Sequence record: DRR723986_1312
DNA: 64,000 nucleotides
Strand: one strand, 5' to 3'
The translations under genes and the position numbers were made by a program. Below are positions 27,866-37,881 of the stretch, one piece after another. The number at the start of each line of letters is the position of its first letter. Positions within the stretch are counted from its first letter, which is position 1. The notes beneath the pieces are model-generated. The model saw nothing but the letters and a program-made list of their open reading frames with translations. It was not told the DNA's origin and did not search any database.

Positions 27866-30079
27866 TTAGTTGATTTTATACCTGATTCCTGTGTAAATCA
27901 CTCTTCCTGCAATTGGCCCCCAAGTCATGGATGCATCGAAATTTGAGCCAAAGGGATTCTCAGAATCTATAATTGGATTTGATTGTTTGAAGTTTAATAT
28001 ATTTTCTCCGCCTAGGTAGATGCTACCCCAGCGAAACCCTCGGCTAATTTGAGCATTTACCATAAAGAAATCAGGAGATTCATTTGGCTGCTGAAATTCC
28101 ACAGGGCTTTCACTTGTGTTAGGAATACGCATCGGACCATTCCAGTTCACGGTCATGTCAGCTTTCCATTTGTCATACAAAGTAGCATAAGATAAATTAG
28201 CAAATACTCGGTCACGACTAGTAAGTGGCATTTGCTGCAATACTCCGTTTGTGGTCATCATCATCTCATAATGCTTGTAGGCAGCTTTTGCTTCGAGCCT
28301 TTCGGTGATTGGATAGCTAGCTTCTATCTGGAAACTATTGGCATAAGAACCTCTATGCAGGTTATTAATGACAAGTAGTTCTGAACTGACATCTCGATCA
28401 TAGACCAGTTGATTGATAAAGTCTGTGTAAAAATAATCTGCAACAATTCCCAGTGGCCGATCATCGATCATAAAACTACCTGCTACACTTACGCCTGTAT
28501 TCCAGGATTCTTCAGGTTTCAATTCTGCATTGAACACCAATTCTCTTGCCGATATCCATACCGAGCTGTTTTCCATTAAAGCATTCGGTGTACGGTATCC
28601 TTTTCCTACAGAGCCTCTCAGAGTCCAGTTTGGAATAAATTCCCATCTCGCGTGAACTCTAGGAGTGAAATAAGTACCAAATAGATTATGAAAATCCGTT
28701 CTTAATCCTGCTACAATGGTTACTTGATCATTTGGGATGTAATTATATTCGAAGAAAAGCCCAGGAACTTTTTCTGTTCTGTACATGGCTGTATCCAGCC
28801 CAGATGGAGAGTTGGAATCAAAGGTTTCTTCAAAGTCATCGTATAGAAAACTTGCCCCAGTTTTATACTGGTGGAAGCTTGAACCAAGGACATTTTGATA
28901 AACGAAATTTGCGTAGGCAGTTTTTTCTATCCCTTCATAAATTCTTCTTCCTGCTCCTCCGTTGAAGTCCTGATAAGAAAGAGAGTATTGTAAACCCCAA
29001 CTTTGAGTAGGTTTTTCAGGATAAATCATACCTAGTTTACCAAAAATCTCAGCTTTTCTAGTGTCCATCTCATAGCCATACATACTACTGGTAGCAAGGT
29101 CACTATTGAAATCAAATCCTTTTTGTCCCCCGGCATTGTCAGACATAAATAGGTTCACGCCCACCTGGGCCATCAGTCGATCTCCTTCATACTTGTACCG
29201 ATTTAGGAAATTGAGTTGCCTGGCTTTTGGGATATCCATAAATTCATCATCATTTCCGTCGATTTCTGAGCTCAAATTACTTGCATGAAACATGACACCT
29301 GAGCTCCATTTCTCTGAAATGGGAATCTGATGATTTGCATTGATTTCCATTCTGCCAAAGGAATTCAGGTAGCCATTGAGGTACCAAGTATCCATGGATT
29401 CTGGCTTGAAAAGATCCACATTAATCTGACCAGTCATGGACTCGTAGCCATTGATCACTGAGCCTGCTCCTTTTCCCACATCGATAGATTGAATCCAGGT
29501 ACCAGGTACGAAATTCATTCCGAGTCTGGAGTTTAAACCACGGATATTCGGAATTCCTTCTCTGCTGATAAGGACGTAGCGGCCATCCAAGCCCATCATC
29601 TGGATCATTTTGGTACCGGTCACCGCATCTGCGTAGGATACATCTACTGAAGCATTGGTCTCAAAACTCTCAGAGAGATTGCAGCAAGCTGCTTTCTGGA
29701 GCTCATTTTCTGTAATCAGAATATTGAGAAAAGGTGCTTCGTCTACCACCGATTCGGATCTTGCACGAACAGTCACTCCTTCCAGTGATTCACCGCTTTC
29801 TTCAAGAGTGATGAGCATTATTTGGTTGAAAACTGGAGCTAATGTATCTGGTTCGTAGCCAATATAGGTGACAACCAAACGGTCAGCTGGTACTATATTT
29901 TCTAATTTGAAGTTGCCTTCCAAATCAGTTATAGAACCTTGTTCTTTGTCAAGAAGCTTGATGCTAGCCCCAATGAGAGGCTCGTTAGCTGCTGATTGTA
30001 CTTTTCCTTCTATTTTACTTTGAGCAAATAAAAGAGCTGGTGCAACCAGGCAGGTTATAAATAGAATTGTTGATTTCAC
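27866..30079 (-). CDS. TonB-dependent receptor with a Cys-rich plug motif (GTG start)
   Basis: CarboxypepD_reg-like N-domain, KAACCNLSESFETN, SIDVGKGAGSV and a C-terminal beta strand GRVIYTGIRYKIN. Confidence 0.92.
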   Translation of the reverse strand: MKSTILFITCLVAPALLFAQSKIEGKVQSAANEPLIGASIKLLDKEQGSITDLEGNFKLENIVPADRLVVTYIGYEPDTLAPVFNQIMLITLEESGESLEGVTVRARSESVVDEAPFLNILITENELQKAACCNLSESFETNASVDVSYADAVTGTKMIQMMGLDGRYVLISREGIPNIRGLNSRLGMNFVPGTWIQSIDVGKGAGSVINGYESMTGQINVDLFKPESMDTWYLNGYLNSFGRMEINANHQIPISEKWSSGVMFHASNLSSEIDGNDDEFMDIPKARQLNFLNRYKYEGDRLMAQVGVNLFMSDNAGGQKGFDFNSDLATSSMYGYEMDTRKAEIFGKLGMIYPEKPTQSWGLQYSLSYQDFNGGAGRRIYEGIEKTAYANFVYQNVLGSSFHQYKTGASFLYDDFEETFDSNSPSGLDTAMYRTEKVPGLFFEYNYIPNDQVTIVAGLRTDFHNLFGTYFTPRVHARWEFIPNWTLRGSVGKGYRTPNALMENSSVWISARELVFNAELKPEESWNTGVSVAGSFMIDDRPLGIVADYFYTDFINQLVYDRDVSSELLVINNLHRGSYANSFQIEASYPITERLEAKAAYKHYEMMMTTNGVLQQMPLTSRDRVFANLSYATLYDKWKADMTVNWNGPMRIPNTSESPVEFQQPNESPDFFMVNAQISRGFRWGSIYLGGENILNFKQSNPIIDSENPFGSNFDASMTWGPIAGRVIYTGIRYKIN

Positions 30080-30207
30080 GAATTTGAAGTTATCTCGTGA
30101 TCCTACAGAATTGGCAAAACCTATAGAGGTTATGCTGACTTCATGAAGAATTACTTGTGTGTAAATAGATTACAGTTCGCCAAAGGCGAATAAAAGTCAA
30201 GCAGATC

Positions 30208-30585
30208 TTAAATCAGGAAAGATTGATGAAGGAGATTCAGATCAGGAACTGGTAGATCTGGAAAAAGATATTTGGGGTTGAAAACTTGAGTGTCTTCCGC
30301 CTGAATGCCGGGTATTGTAAGCACATAGGCCAAAATAAAAGCAGGAGAAAGATGAACTTGGAATTGGGCTTTGCCAAAATAATCATCTGAATCTGATGAT
30401 GCATATTCATCTGTGCAGCAATCAGGATCCTGGGCTAGGTTGGCTCCGCAACAATCTGTCTTTTCGGGTGCAATAGAAACCTCTGTACTTTTCAGCTCAT
30501 CGCCACAATAATGCGCTGCCAAAGTCAGATTGATCTGACCAGTCAGGAAAAATAGGAGCATTAATGATGAGATGAGTAATTTCAT
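30208..30585 (-). CDS. HYC_CC_PP family small Cys/His-rich protein
   Basis: AHYCG, DCC...DCC and a Pro-rich C-terminus ending QSFLI, located upstream of a TonB receptor. Confidence 0.8.
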   Translation of the reverse strand: MKLLISSLMLLFFLTGQINLTLAAHYCGDELKSTEVSIAPEKTDCCGANLAQDPDCCTDEYASSDSDDYFGKAQFQVHLSPAFILAYVLTIPGIQAEDTQVFNPKYLFPDLPVPDLNLLHQSFLI

Positions 30586-30620
30586 ACTGTGTGCAAAGAT
30601 CGGAAATTCAATCTAAAAAG

Positions 30621-30660
30621 AAAAACCTACCTCATTTACGGTAAGAAAGGAGGTAGGTTT
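30621..30660 (-). terminator. Terminator after the cytochrome c gene
   Basis: AAACCTACCTC/GAGGTAGGTTT inverted repeat. Confidence 0.65.
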
Positions 30661-30681
30661 CAATAATTTTGAAATAGGTAA

Positions 30682-31677
30682 TTATTCGGAAGACCCGCTT
30701 GGAGGTGAGAACTTCACGACTTGATTCGAAATAGGGTCTAATGTTTTTAGGTAGGCATAGATAGCTTTCAAATCTGCTTCTTTCATTCCGGCATACATCA
30801 CCCAAGGCATGATCGTATTGAATTCTCCCGGCTGAACTTTAGGCAAATGATATCCAGAATCCAGGTACTGCTTGAATTTGCCAACAAATATATCCTCAGA
30901 CCAGCTTCCAATACCGCTTTGTTGATCCTGTGTTAGATTAGCAGATCTGACTTTTGAGCCATCGGGAAAAACAAATTCCCTTCCTCCAGAGAATTCTTTT
31001 CCAGCAAGAATAGTCCCTTGATCGTCCACAGGACTATGACACTCCATGCAAGCCGCAGCATTTGTTAGATATTTGCCATAGGCTAATTGGTCAGTCGTTG
31101 CCGGCTTAGGTTGAGGATCAGCGTCTTTTGGAATTGTTTTTAGAATGATATTTACTGGGAAGTCAGCCTTTGAGTCTGGGATTTCATTTTCGATTGGCTC
31201 CAAACTTCTGATATAAGCGATAATGTCATAAATGTCTTCAGGGTCCATTTTGCCATAAAAAGGATATGGCATTAAGGGAAACATCGCCCTGCCTTCATTA
31301 GTCACTCCTGTGGTGATGAGGCGGTATAACTCTCCATCTGTGTAATCAGAAATTCCGAAGGGAGTAATATTTCTTGCATAGAATACTCCTGGAAATCCCA
31401 TACTTTGATCGAACCTGTCTCCACCTGATCCAATTGTTCCAGGCTGGATTGGACCAGAAAGTAAGGAAAAGTCCCTTGTAGAATGACAGTCTACACAGAC
31501 CGTCACATGATTAGCAAGATAAGCTCCTCTAGCTACTCGGTCGGGACTGTGATTAATGGCTAGCTCTGGTGCAGGCTTGACTTTTGGGAAAGTGAAATTG
31601 ATAAAAGCAATTCCACAAACAATCAAAACAACAACCACTCCAAGCAAATAAGCTACTACTTTAAAAATCTTTTTCAT
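30682..31677 (-). CDS. Membrane-anchored diheme cytochrome c
   Basis: N-terminal TM helix, CVDCH and CMECH heme motifs, ARNITP/SANLT, and MPY/MPW Met ligands. Confidence 0.9.
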   Translation of the reverse strand: MKKIFKVVAYLLGVVVVLIVCGIAFINFTFPKVKPAPELAINHSPDRVARGAYLANHVTVCVDCHSTRDFSLLSGPIQPGTIGSGGDRFDQSMGFPGVFYARNITPFGISDYTDGELYRLITTGVTNEGRAMFPLMPYPFYGKMDPEDIYDIIAYIRSLEPIENEIPDSKADFPVNIILKTIPKDADPQPKPATTDQLAYGKYLTNAAACMECHSPVDDQGTILAGKEFSGGREFVFPDGSKVRSANLTQDQQSGIGSWSEDIFVGKFKQYLDSGYHLPKVQPGEFNTIMPWVMYAGMKEADLKAIYAYLKTLDPISNQVVKFSPPSGSSE

Positions 31678-31858
31678 ATAAAAATGTATTTGGTATATGA
31701 AAATTTACTGTTTATTCTAATACACTGATTATAAAGGAGTTAAAAACTTTTTGCTAAAATGGAATTATTCAAAAAAATCTTGATATATTTTTATATAAAT
31801 CCGATTTTCAACCAGTAAAGAGGCAAAGAATGCTGGTTAAAGTTTAAATTCATAACTG

Positions 31859-31956
31859 AGGCCACTTCGGTCTTCAGTCTCCCAATAGCTATCAGGCGGT
31901 CTTTCAACCTAATAAGCAAAAAGTGTAAGAGGACCGGAATCCTAGCGGATAATCGT
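31859..31956 (+). repeat. Dispersed intergenic repeat family A, copy 4, with an inserted palindrome CCCAATAGCTATCAGG
   Basis: AGGCCACTTCGGTCTTCAGT...AATAAGCAAA...GCGGATAAT aligns to copies 1-3. Confidence 0.65.
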
Positions 31957-32048
31957 ATATAATTTTATGGTAAATGCCAATGAGGTCAGTGTCCTTGACT
32001 TTTTTACCAAACTGGCAGCAATCCTACTAGATAGAGATAACAAAAAAT

Positions 32049-32082
32049 ATGTAATTGCCCTTACTGAGAAGGGCAATTACAT
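32049..32082 (-). terminator. Rho-independent terminator after the metalloprotease
   Basis: 14-bp perfect inverted repeat ATGTAATTGCCCTT/AAGGGCAATTACAT followed by a T-run on the minus strand. Confidence 0.85.
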
Positions 32083-32088
32083 GTAAAC

Positions 32089-34533
32089 TTATTCAGTATC
32101 AAGTATTGAGTCCACCAGGGCATCAATATCACGAAGGTGATTTTGAACTATGCCGGCACTGTATCTAGTGCTTGCAGATCTAGCAGATGTTTGGATAGTC
32201 TTTAATTCTGCACGAACTGCAGCACTGACATCCGATCTGCTTCGCTCATCCTGAGTCATCAAAGAAGCTAATCGCTCCACATGTGCTCTTTGAAGATTTC
32301 TGCGGAAAGTATCAATATTCTGAGATCCAGAAAGCTCAGACCAGATGCCTTTCCTCAAGTCAGCCAGCATTTGAGTCATTGTGTAGACAGAAGGACCATT
32401 CAATGCTTCATTCTCAATTAAACGCTCCAATCTATCCATTCTCAGTACGCTACTAAGCAACCTTGATTGCATACTTCCTATTCCTGCTACAGCACCACTG
32501 GCTCCTATGTTGTTGAGTATTTCTTTTTGAAGCAACCAGTCAGGGGTCGTAAATACATGCTCATTCAAAAACTTCATTGCCTTTACTTGCTCAGATTTAG
32601 CTATAGGTGTGTACACATACCCACTTTGATCTGTGGTTTTTAATTCCTGATAAACCCCGCCAATGTTGGTTATTACATGATTTGCAAACCGGTTCCAAAC
32701 ACCGATTAACTCTCCGTATAACTCTTCTAGATCATCATAACCTTCACCGGAAGTGGCTGTCCATTTTGCCAAGTTAGGAGCGACAATTTTCAAATTTGCC
32801 AATCCATAGGTACTTGCTTTCACAGGATCATCGCCTACAGATTCTGTTTGGTCACTTGGGTCGAAAGAATTTCCGCGTCCAAATAAGTACATAGGGTCAC
32901 CAGCTTTTTCACTTATCCAGCTATTCAGGATAGGTTTTTCAGCTTCCGGAGAATCCGCATTAGGTATGTATCTATAACCCCAGTTGATCGCATAGTTATC
33001 GTATGGTCCGAGCATTCGTACCCATCGAACTCCTTCGTCGCCCGGTTGTGCGACATAGTTATAGCGTGTGTAATCCATTATGGTAGTCGCTAGACCCCAT
33101 TTTTGTGTAAATGAAGCCGAACGTAAAGAATCAGTTGGGTAAGCAGCGGAGGCTTTCATATTATGAGGTAACCCGAGAGCGTGACCAATTTCATGAGAAA
33201 TTACTCTTCTCATCATTTCACCAATTTCTTCATCTGGGGTATTCAAAGTTCTCGCAGATGGATTTGCTGCACCAGTTTCTAGCATGTAGCGATTTCTGTA
33301 AGAACGGAGGTGGTTGTGAAACCATACGATATCACTTTCTATGATTTCACCAGAGCGAGGATCAGATACACTTGGACCCATTGCATTTCGCGTGGTCGTC
33401 GCAACATAGCGCACGGTAGAATACCTAGCATCTTCAGCACTCCAATCCGGATCTTCTTCTTTAGTGGGAGCATCCTTGGCGATGATCGCATTTTTAAACC
33501 CAGCAGCTTCGAAGGCTACCTGCCAATCTTCAATTCCTTGACGGAAATATTTCCTCCATTTCGTGGGAGTGGCAGGATCTAGGTAGTAGACAATTGGTTT
33601 CACAGGCTCTACCAATTCGCCTCTTGCATATGCCTCAGGGTCTTTTGGTTCCAATCTCCATCTCCTGATGTAAGTTTTTTGATCGGACTTCAATGCTTCG
33701 GAGCCATAATCAATTTGACGAACTGTAAACCATCCTACACGCTGATCATAAAGTCTAGCTTGCATAGGTTTTTCTGGAAGTAAATACATGGACTGGCTCA
33801 TTTCCATGGAAATTGTACCAGAACTTGAGTTTGAAGGAGGAGAAGTAGCGTTGTAAGTCATATCATGTCTTACTTCAATATTCTCCGGATAGCTAGCCAT
33901 TCGAGTTATGAAACTTCTTTCTTTATCAAGATTCCTTACTTGATACTCTCTTCTCATGGAGGAAGATAATCCACTTAATGCAGGGATATCGGAAAGGAAT
34001 AGGTCAGTTACTTCTATTAAAGCTGCTGTAGAATCAGAATTAAAACCTTCAATTTTGAATGAGGCTAAAATCGGATTGTAATTATTTGCATCTACAGAAA
34101 GCTTGATGGGAAGTGAATCAGCAGCTACATTATCAAAAGAAATGGATCGAAGTAGGATGCTATTCTGAATTCTAGACCAATGAATTACTTGCTCATTTGA
34201 CTTTGAGCCCGCAGTAGTATAACCACCGCCTAAACCGTCAGCGATTTTTGAAATACGACTTACTAAAAGCATGTCCTTTTCGAAAAGATCAAATGGGACT
34301 TCGTAATAGCTTTTTTCTCCCACTTTGTGAATTATAAACAAGCCGTCATCTGAAATAGCTTCATCCGTTACGATTTCACTATACTTTTTAAATGGACTTT
34401 TTTTAGTGGGTTTGGCGGGCTGACTTTGAGCTACTTGCTCATCTTTTGTGTTTTTTTTGCTCTTTTTCTGCGCAAAACCTGCCACACTTAGTGTCAAGAG
34501 AAATGCGGTTAATAAAGTAGTAGTTTTTCTCAT
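32089..34533 (-). CDS. Secreted zinc-dependent metalloprotease (EcxA-like, DUF5117/DUF4953)
   Basis: Signal peptide, KPIVYY, DPRSGEIIESD, metzincin motif HEIGHALGLPHN and the Met-turn IMDY. Confidence 0.9.
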   Translation of the reverse strand: MRKTTTLLTAFLLTLSVAGFAQKKSKKNTKDEQVAQSQPAKPTKKSPFKKYSEIVTDEAISDDGLFIIHKVGEKSYYEVPFDLFEKDMLLVSRISKIADGLGGGYTTAGSKSNEQVIHWSRIQNSILLRSISFDNVAADSLPIKLSVDANNYNPILASFKIEGFNSDSTAALIEVTDLFLSDIPALSGLSSSMRREYQVRNLDKERSFITRMASYPENIEVRHDMTYNATSPPSNSSSGTISMEMSQSMYLLPEKPMQARLYDQRVGWFTVRQIDYGSEALKSDQKTYIRRWRLEPKDPEAYARGELVEPVKPIVYYLDPATPTKWRKYFRQGIEDWQVAFEAAGFKNAIIAKDAPTKEEDPDWSAEDARYSTVRYVATTTRNAMGPSVSDPRSGEIIESDIVWFHNHLRSYRNRYMLETGAANPSARTLNTPDEEIGEMMRRVISHEIGHALGLPHNMKASAAYPTDSLRSASFTQKWGLATTIMDYTRYNYVAQPGDEGVRWVRMLGPYDNYAINWGYRYIPNADSPEAEKPILNSWISEKAGDPMYLFGRGNSFDPSDQTESVGDDPVKASTYGLANLKIVAPNLAKWTATSGEGYDDLEELYGELIGVWNRFANHVITNIGGVYQELKTTDQSGYVYTPIAKSEQVKAMKFLNEHVFTTPDWLLQKEILNNIGASGAVAGIGSMQSRLLSSVLRMDRLERLIENEALNGPSVYTMTQMLADLRKGIWSELSGSQNIDTFRRNLQRAHVERLASLMTQDERSRSDVSAAVRAELKTIQTSARSASTRYSAGIVQNHLRDIDALVDSILDTE

Positions 34534-34584
34534 CAATATTCCAATTGGTTTGTGAGAACAAAGTAATGGGACCTACCAAAAAAT

Positions 34585-34613
34585 AAAAGGAGTCATTTTT
34601 GGTGACTCCTTTT
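34585..34613 (-). terminator. Terminator after the GH43 gene
   Basis: AAAAGGAGTCA/TGACTCCTTTT inverted repeat. Confidence 0.75.
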
Positions 34614-34650
34614 TCATAGGATGAAGGGTTTGATAGTTGTTTTAGGCTAT

Positions 34651-35751
34651 TCAATTCAAGGGACTGATCGTCTGAATACTACCATCTTCCATGTGCTTCA
34701 ATGGGGCAACTTTGATATTTCGGAGATGTGTTTTACCAGAAAGTTGGGTGTCATGGTAATAGATAAACCAGTTACCGTCTACTTCTACAATAGAATGGTG
34801 ATTTGTCCAGCCTTCTACTGGATTTAGGACTACTCCTTGGTAAGTAAATGGTCCGTAGGGATTATCAGCAGTAGCATAAGCAATAAAGTGAGTGTCACCG
34901 GTAGAATACGATAAATAGTACTTATCCATGTACTTATGAATCCATGCAGCTTCGAAGAATCTTCTGTCGTTGTCTCCATTCAAAAGAGGATTGCCATTTT
35001 CATCTAAAATCTTGATTTCCTTAGGTGTTTCTGCAAACTCTAACATATCATTGCTCATTTTCGCAATGATAGGGCCTAATGCAGGTTCATCGTCAGCTGG
35101 AAGCCCATCGGTGGGAGCAGTTCCTTTGTCCTCAAAATTGTTATTTCTATACTTTTGCAATTGGCCTCCCCAAATTCCACCGAAATACATGTAATAGGAT
35201 CCATCTGAATCCTCTAATACTGAAGGGTCAATGCTGTAACTTCCTTTGATCGGTTCAGGTTGAGCAGTGAAAGGTCCAATTGGAGAGTCTCCAACAGCTA
35301 CGCCGATTTTGAAAATATCCTTTTCATCTTTTGCTGGAAAATAAAGGTAGTATTTACCATTTTTCTCTGCTGCATCTGGGGCCCAAAGTTGTCTTTTAGC
35401 CCAAGGAATGTCGTCAGCCCCCAATACTTTTCCATGGTCGGTGATTGCTCCATTTGGAGAATCCATGGAATACACATGGTAATCCATCATATTGAAATGT
35501 GCCCCCAGATCATCCTCAGGCACATCTGACTCTACATCATGGGACGGATAAATGTAAATTTTACCATCAAAAACATGAGCAGAAGGATCTGCTGTGTAGT
35601 GATCCGAAATTAAGGGTTGGGAAAGATACTTTGAAGTAGTATCACGTACTTCAATTTCTGAAGTGCTTTCAGTTGTTTGACTGGGGTTGCTGCATGATAC
35701 TATTGCAAATAGCGCGCAATAAGCAGGAGCCAATTTTAATAGGTTGTTCAT
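34651..35751 (-). CDS. GH43 beta-xylosidase/alpha-arabinofuranosidase lipoprotein (GH43_1-like), probable ATG at 35751
   Basis: Lipobox IVSC, YTADPSAHVF, LWAPD, SIDP, RRFFEA and GWTNHHSIV. Confidence 0.92.
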   Translation of the reverse strand: MNNLLKLAPAYCALFAIVSCSNPSQTTESTSEIEVRDTTSKYLSQPLISDHYTADPSAHVFDGKIYIYPSHDVESDVPEDDLGAHFNMMDYHVYSMDSPNGAITDHGKVLGADDIPWAKRQLWAPDAAEKNGKYYLYFPAKDEKDIFKIGVAVGDSPIGPFTAQPEPIKGSYSIDPSVLEDSDGSYYMYFGGIWGGQLQKYRNNNFEDKGTAPTDGLPADDEPALGPIIAKMSNDMLEFAETPKEIKILDENGNPLLNGDNDRRFFEAAWIHKYMDKYYLSYSTGDTHFIAYATADNPYGPFTYQGVVLNPVEGWTNHHSIVEVDGNWFIYYHDTQLSGKTHLRNIKVAPLKHMEDGSIQTISPLN

Positions 35752-35911
35752 AAATAGGTTTGATTGTTTAATTGTGGTCAATATAATTTGAAAAAGTGAC
35801 TTTTCAGAACAAGGGGGTATGAGACTAAAGCAAAGCGCATTCTCTATACGAAAGTCCCAAGTGATTCTGATTTAATGAAAATCTTATATGTATATCCGCT
35901 TTTCTGCCGGA

Positions 35912-36249
35912 TCAATAATTCCTCTTCAATATTTACCTTATCTGGAATTACCGAGACTAGTGCGAAATCAATCTCATTGTTTTTAAGGCTTTCATCCACC
36001 TGGCTTTTATTGGTAACATCCAACACCAAGTCAATACCTGTGTTTTTTTTCCATAAATCCTGATAAAAAATAGGGTATAACATACTTGCCTGAAGAGGCA
36101 GCTGAAATTCGAAGTTTGCCGCTTGGAATTCCTCGGAAAGCTTGTGTTTTATAGTTGATTTTTTCGAATTTTTGGATAACCCGCTCGACAAGGATTGCAA
36201 TTTCATTTCCAAAATCGGTAACGAACAATTGGCGGCTCACAACCTCTGT
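35912..36249 (-). pseudogene. LysR (CbbR/CmpR-like) regulator remnant, truncated at both ends and frameshifted
   Basis: TEVVSRQLFVTDFG...GKLRISAASSGKYVIPYFLSGFME is in one frame and NTGIDLVLDVTNKSQV...EIDFALVS in another. The shift is at the 8-A run (36043-36050). The HTH is absent. Confidence 0.8.
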
Positions 36250-36277
36250 ATCCCTACGATCTGATTAGAACTTTTTG

Positions 36278-36332
36278 CAGACAATTTTACCCTTTTTTTG
36301 GATTTTGAATGAGAAGTTACTGCCTAGTTTCA
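36278..36332 (+). promoter_or_regulatory. Candidate HTCS-activated promoter, copy 1 (upstream of GH5)
   Basis: ACAATTTTACCCTTTTTTTGGATTTT is 23/26 identical to 46527-46552. Half-sites are 21 bp apart, and a -7-like TAGTTTCA starts 26 bp after the second half-site. Confidence 0.65.
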
Positions 36333-36367
36333 TGGTTTATAATTAACCCAGAAAAACCTTCAGAACT

Positions 36368-37792
36368 ATGCAGTACAGGAAATCTAAAATGTTTTTAAGT
36401 TTCATGAATTTTTGGAAAGTTACAGCCCTACTGATTTTTATTGCTTTCCAATCAAATGCTCAGTCAACTCATGTTGTAAGAGATGAAGATGGGAGGCATG
36501 TCATCCCCAGAGGTTTCGTGGTCAATACAAATGACGGCGCAGGTGAACTTTTTTATACTCCAGATGACTATTTGAGAATGGTGCGAATGGGAGCCAATTA
36601 CCAAGTGATCCGATTGGAGCTGGGCAAACTCAGCAATTTCCCTGGCAGTGAATTGAAACCTGAATATTTGCTTAAGTTGGATAGCTTGGTTGAATTGGGG
36701 AAAAACCACGGGATCAAAACCGTTTTCAAAATGACCGTTTACAGTGTAAAAGGCTTCAGTTGGGAAGATTTTTATTTGAATAAAGGTGGTGAACAGGAAA
36801 CCTATGTGGAGGCTTGGAAAACTATTTGGCATCGATACAAAAACAATAATGCTGTAAAGGGTTATGACCTAGTCAATGAACCCAGAAAGCATGATATGGA
36901 TATTTCCTATGTAGATTTAACCAATAACCATCTTGTTCCTATTTATCAAAAGATTATTGATGAGTATCTGAAAATCGATGAGGGAAAATTGATGTATTGT
37001 CAGGCGATCTTTATGAATAAAGGTGATGCAATAAATCACAATCAATACGCAGAGATTACTCGGTCAATTGATCGACCAAATGTGGTATTCACTCCTCATA
37101 TTTATCAAAATAAGAAACAATGGATTAGGCCTTCCATGCTGCGGTTTGTAAAGGAAGCTGAACTTCAGAATGGGCCAATGCTAGTGGGAGAGTGGGGTTA
37201 TCCTACCTTGAAAACTACAGATACATCTATCTCCGACCAACTCGATTACATGGACTATTACATGCATACTGTTCATCTATTTGATAGTCTTGGAGTCGGT
37301 ACAATCAAAGCATGGTTTTCAGGCAATCGGGTAATGCAGGATTTTCTTCCTGGCGGACCATCCACGTGGGCTATTTTCAGTGATTCTACTGGGGTAGGTA
37401 CTGTAGAAAGAAAATACATTACCGATATCATAGCAAGACCTTATCCACAGGCTATTGCGGGAGATATTCATACATTTAACTATGATTTTTCTACTCGGAT
37501 ATTAAAAGTATCTCTGGCAACAGCGAGTAATAAAGGCGCATCGAAAATATTTGTGGGAGCAAATAGGCATTACCCGGATGGGTTTACGATACGTATAGGG
37601 GGTGAATTACTTTTGATTCACAATCCCATAAAAAATGCAGGGCTGGAAATGTTGAAGAATACAGGTGGATGGGAAATGGGAAATTTTATTTGGGACGAAA
37701 AGAGACAGCAATTGGTCATTTTAAAATGGCCAAGTGATAAGCAAGAATTAACTCTTTCTATTGAGCCAGGAATTACTCGCAAGAGTCTCTAA
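36368..37792 (+). CDS. GH5 family glycoside hydrolase (endoglycoceramidase-like architecture)
   Basis: Signal peptide, GYDLVNEP (acid/base), FTPHIY, LVGEWG (nucleophile), and RPYPQAIAG leading into a C-terminal beta-sandwich. Confidence 0.8.
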   Translation: MQYRKSKMFLSFMNFWKVTALLIFIAFQSNAQSTHVVRDEDGRHVIPRGFVVNTNDGAGELFYTPDDYLRMVRMGANYQVIRLELGKLSNFPGSELKPEYLLKLDSLVELGKNHGIKTVFKMTVYSVKGFSWEDFYLNKGGEQETYVEAWKTIWHRYKNNNAVKGYDLVNEPRKHDMDISYVDLTNNHLVPIYQKIIDEYLKIDEGKLMYCQAIFMNKGDAINHNQYAEITRSIDRPNVVFTPHIYQNKKQWIRPSMLRFVKEAELQNGPMLVGEWGYPTLKTTDTSISDQLDYMDYYMHTVHLFDSLGVGTIKAWFSGNRVMQDFLPGGPSTWAIFSDSTGVGTVERKYITDIIARPYPQAIAGDIHTFNYDFSTRILKVSLATASNKGASKIFVGANRHYPDGFTIRIGGELLLIHNPIKNAGLEMLKNTGGWEMGNFIWDEKRQQLVILKWPSDKQELTLSIEPGITRKSL

Positions 37793-37881
37793 ATCTAAAA
37801 TGCGTATTTTCTAATCCTATTTTTACTAGAGCCTTATAAAGTATTGGGTAGGGTAATAAATTAACAAAGAATCCAAATAAT

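Noticed and set aside
36043-36050. 8-A run in the LysR fragment as a phase-variation or programmed frameshift site
   Set aside because: The gene lacks its HTH and C-terminus, so restoring the frame would not give a functional protein.
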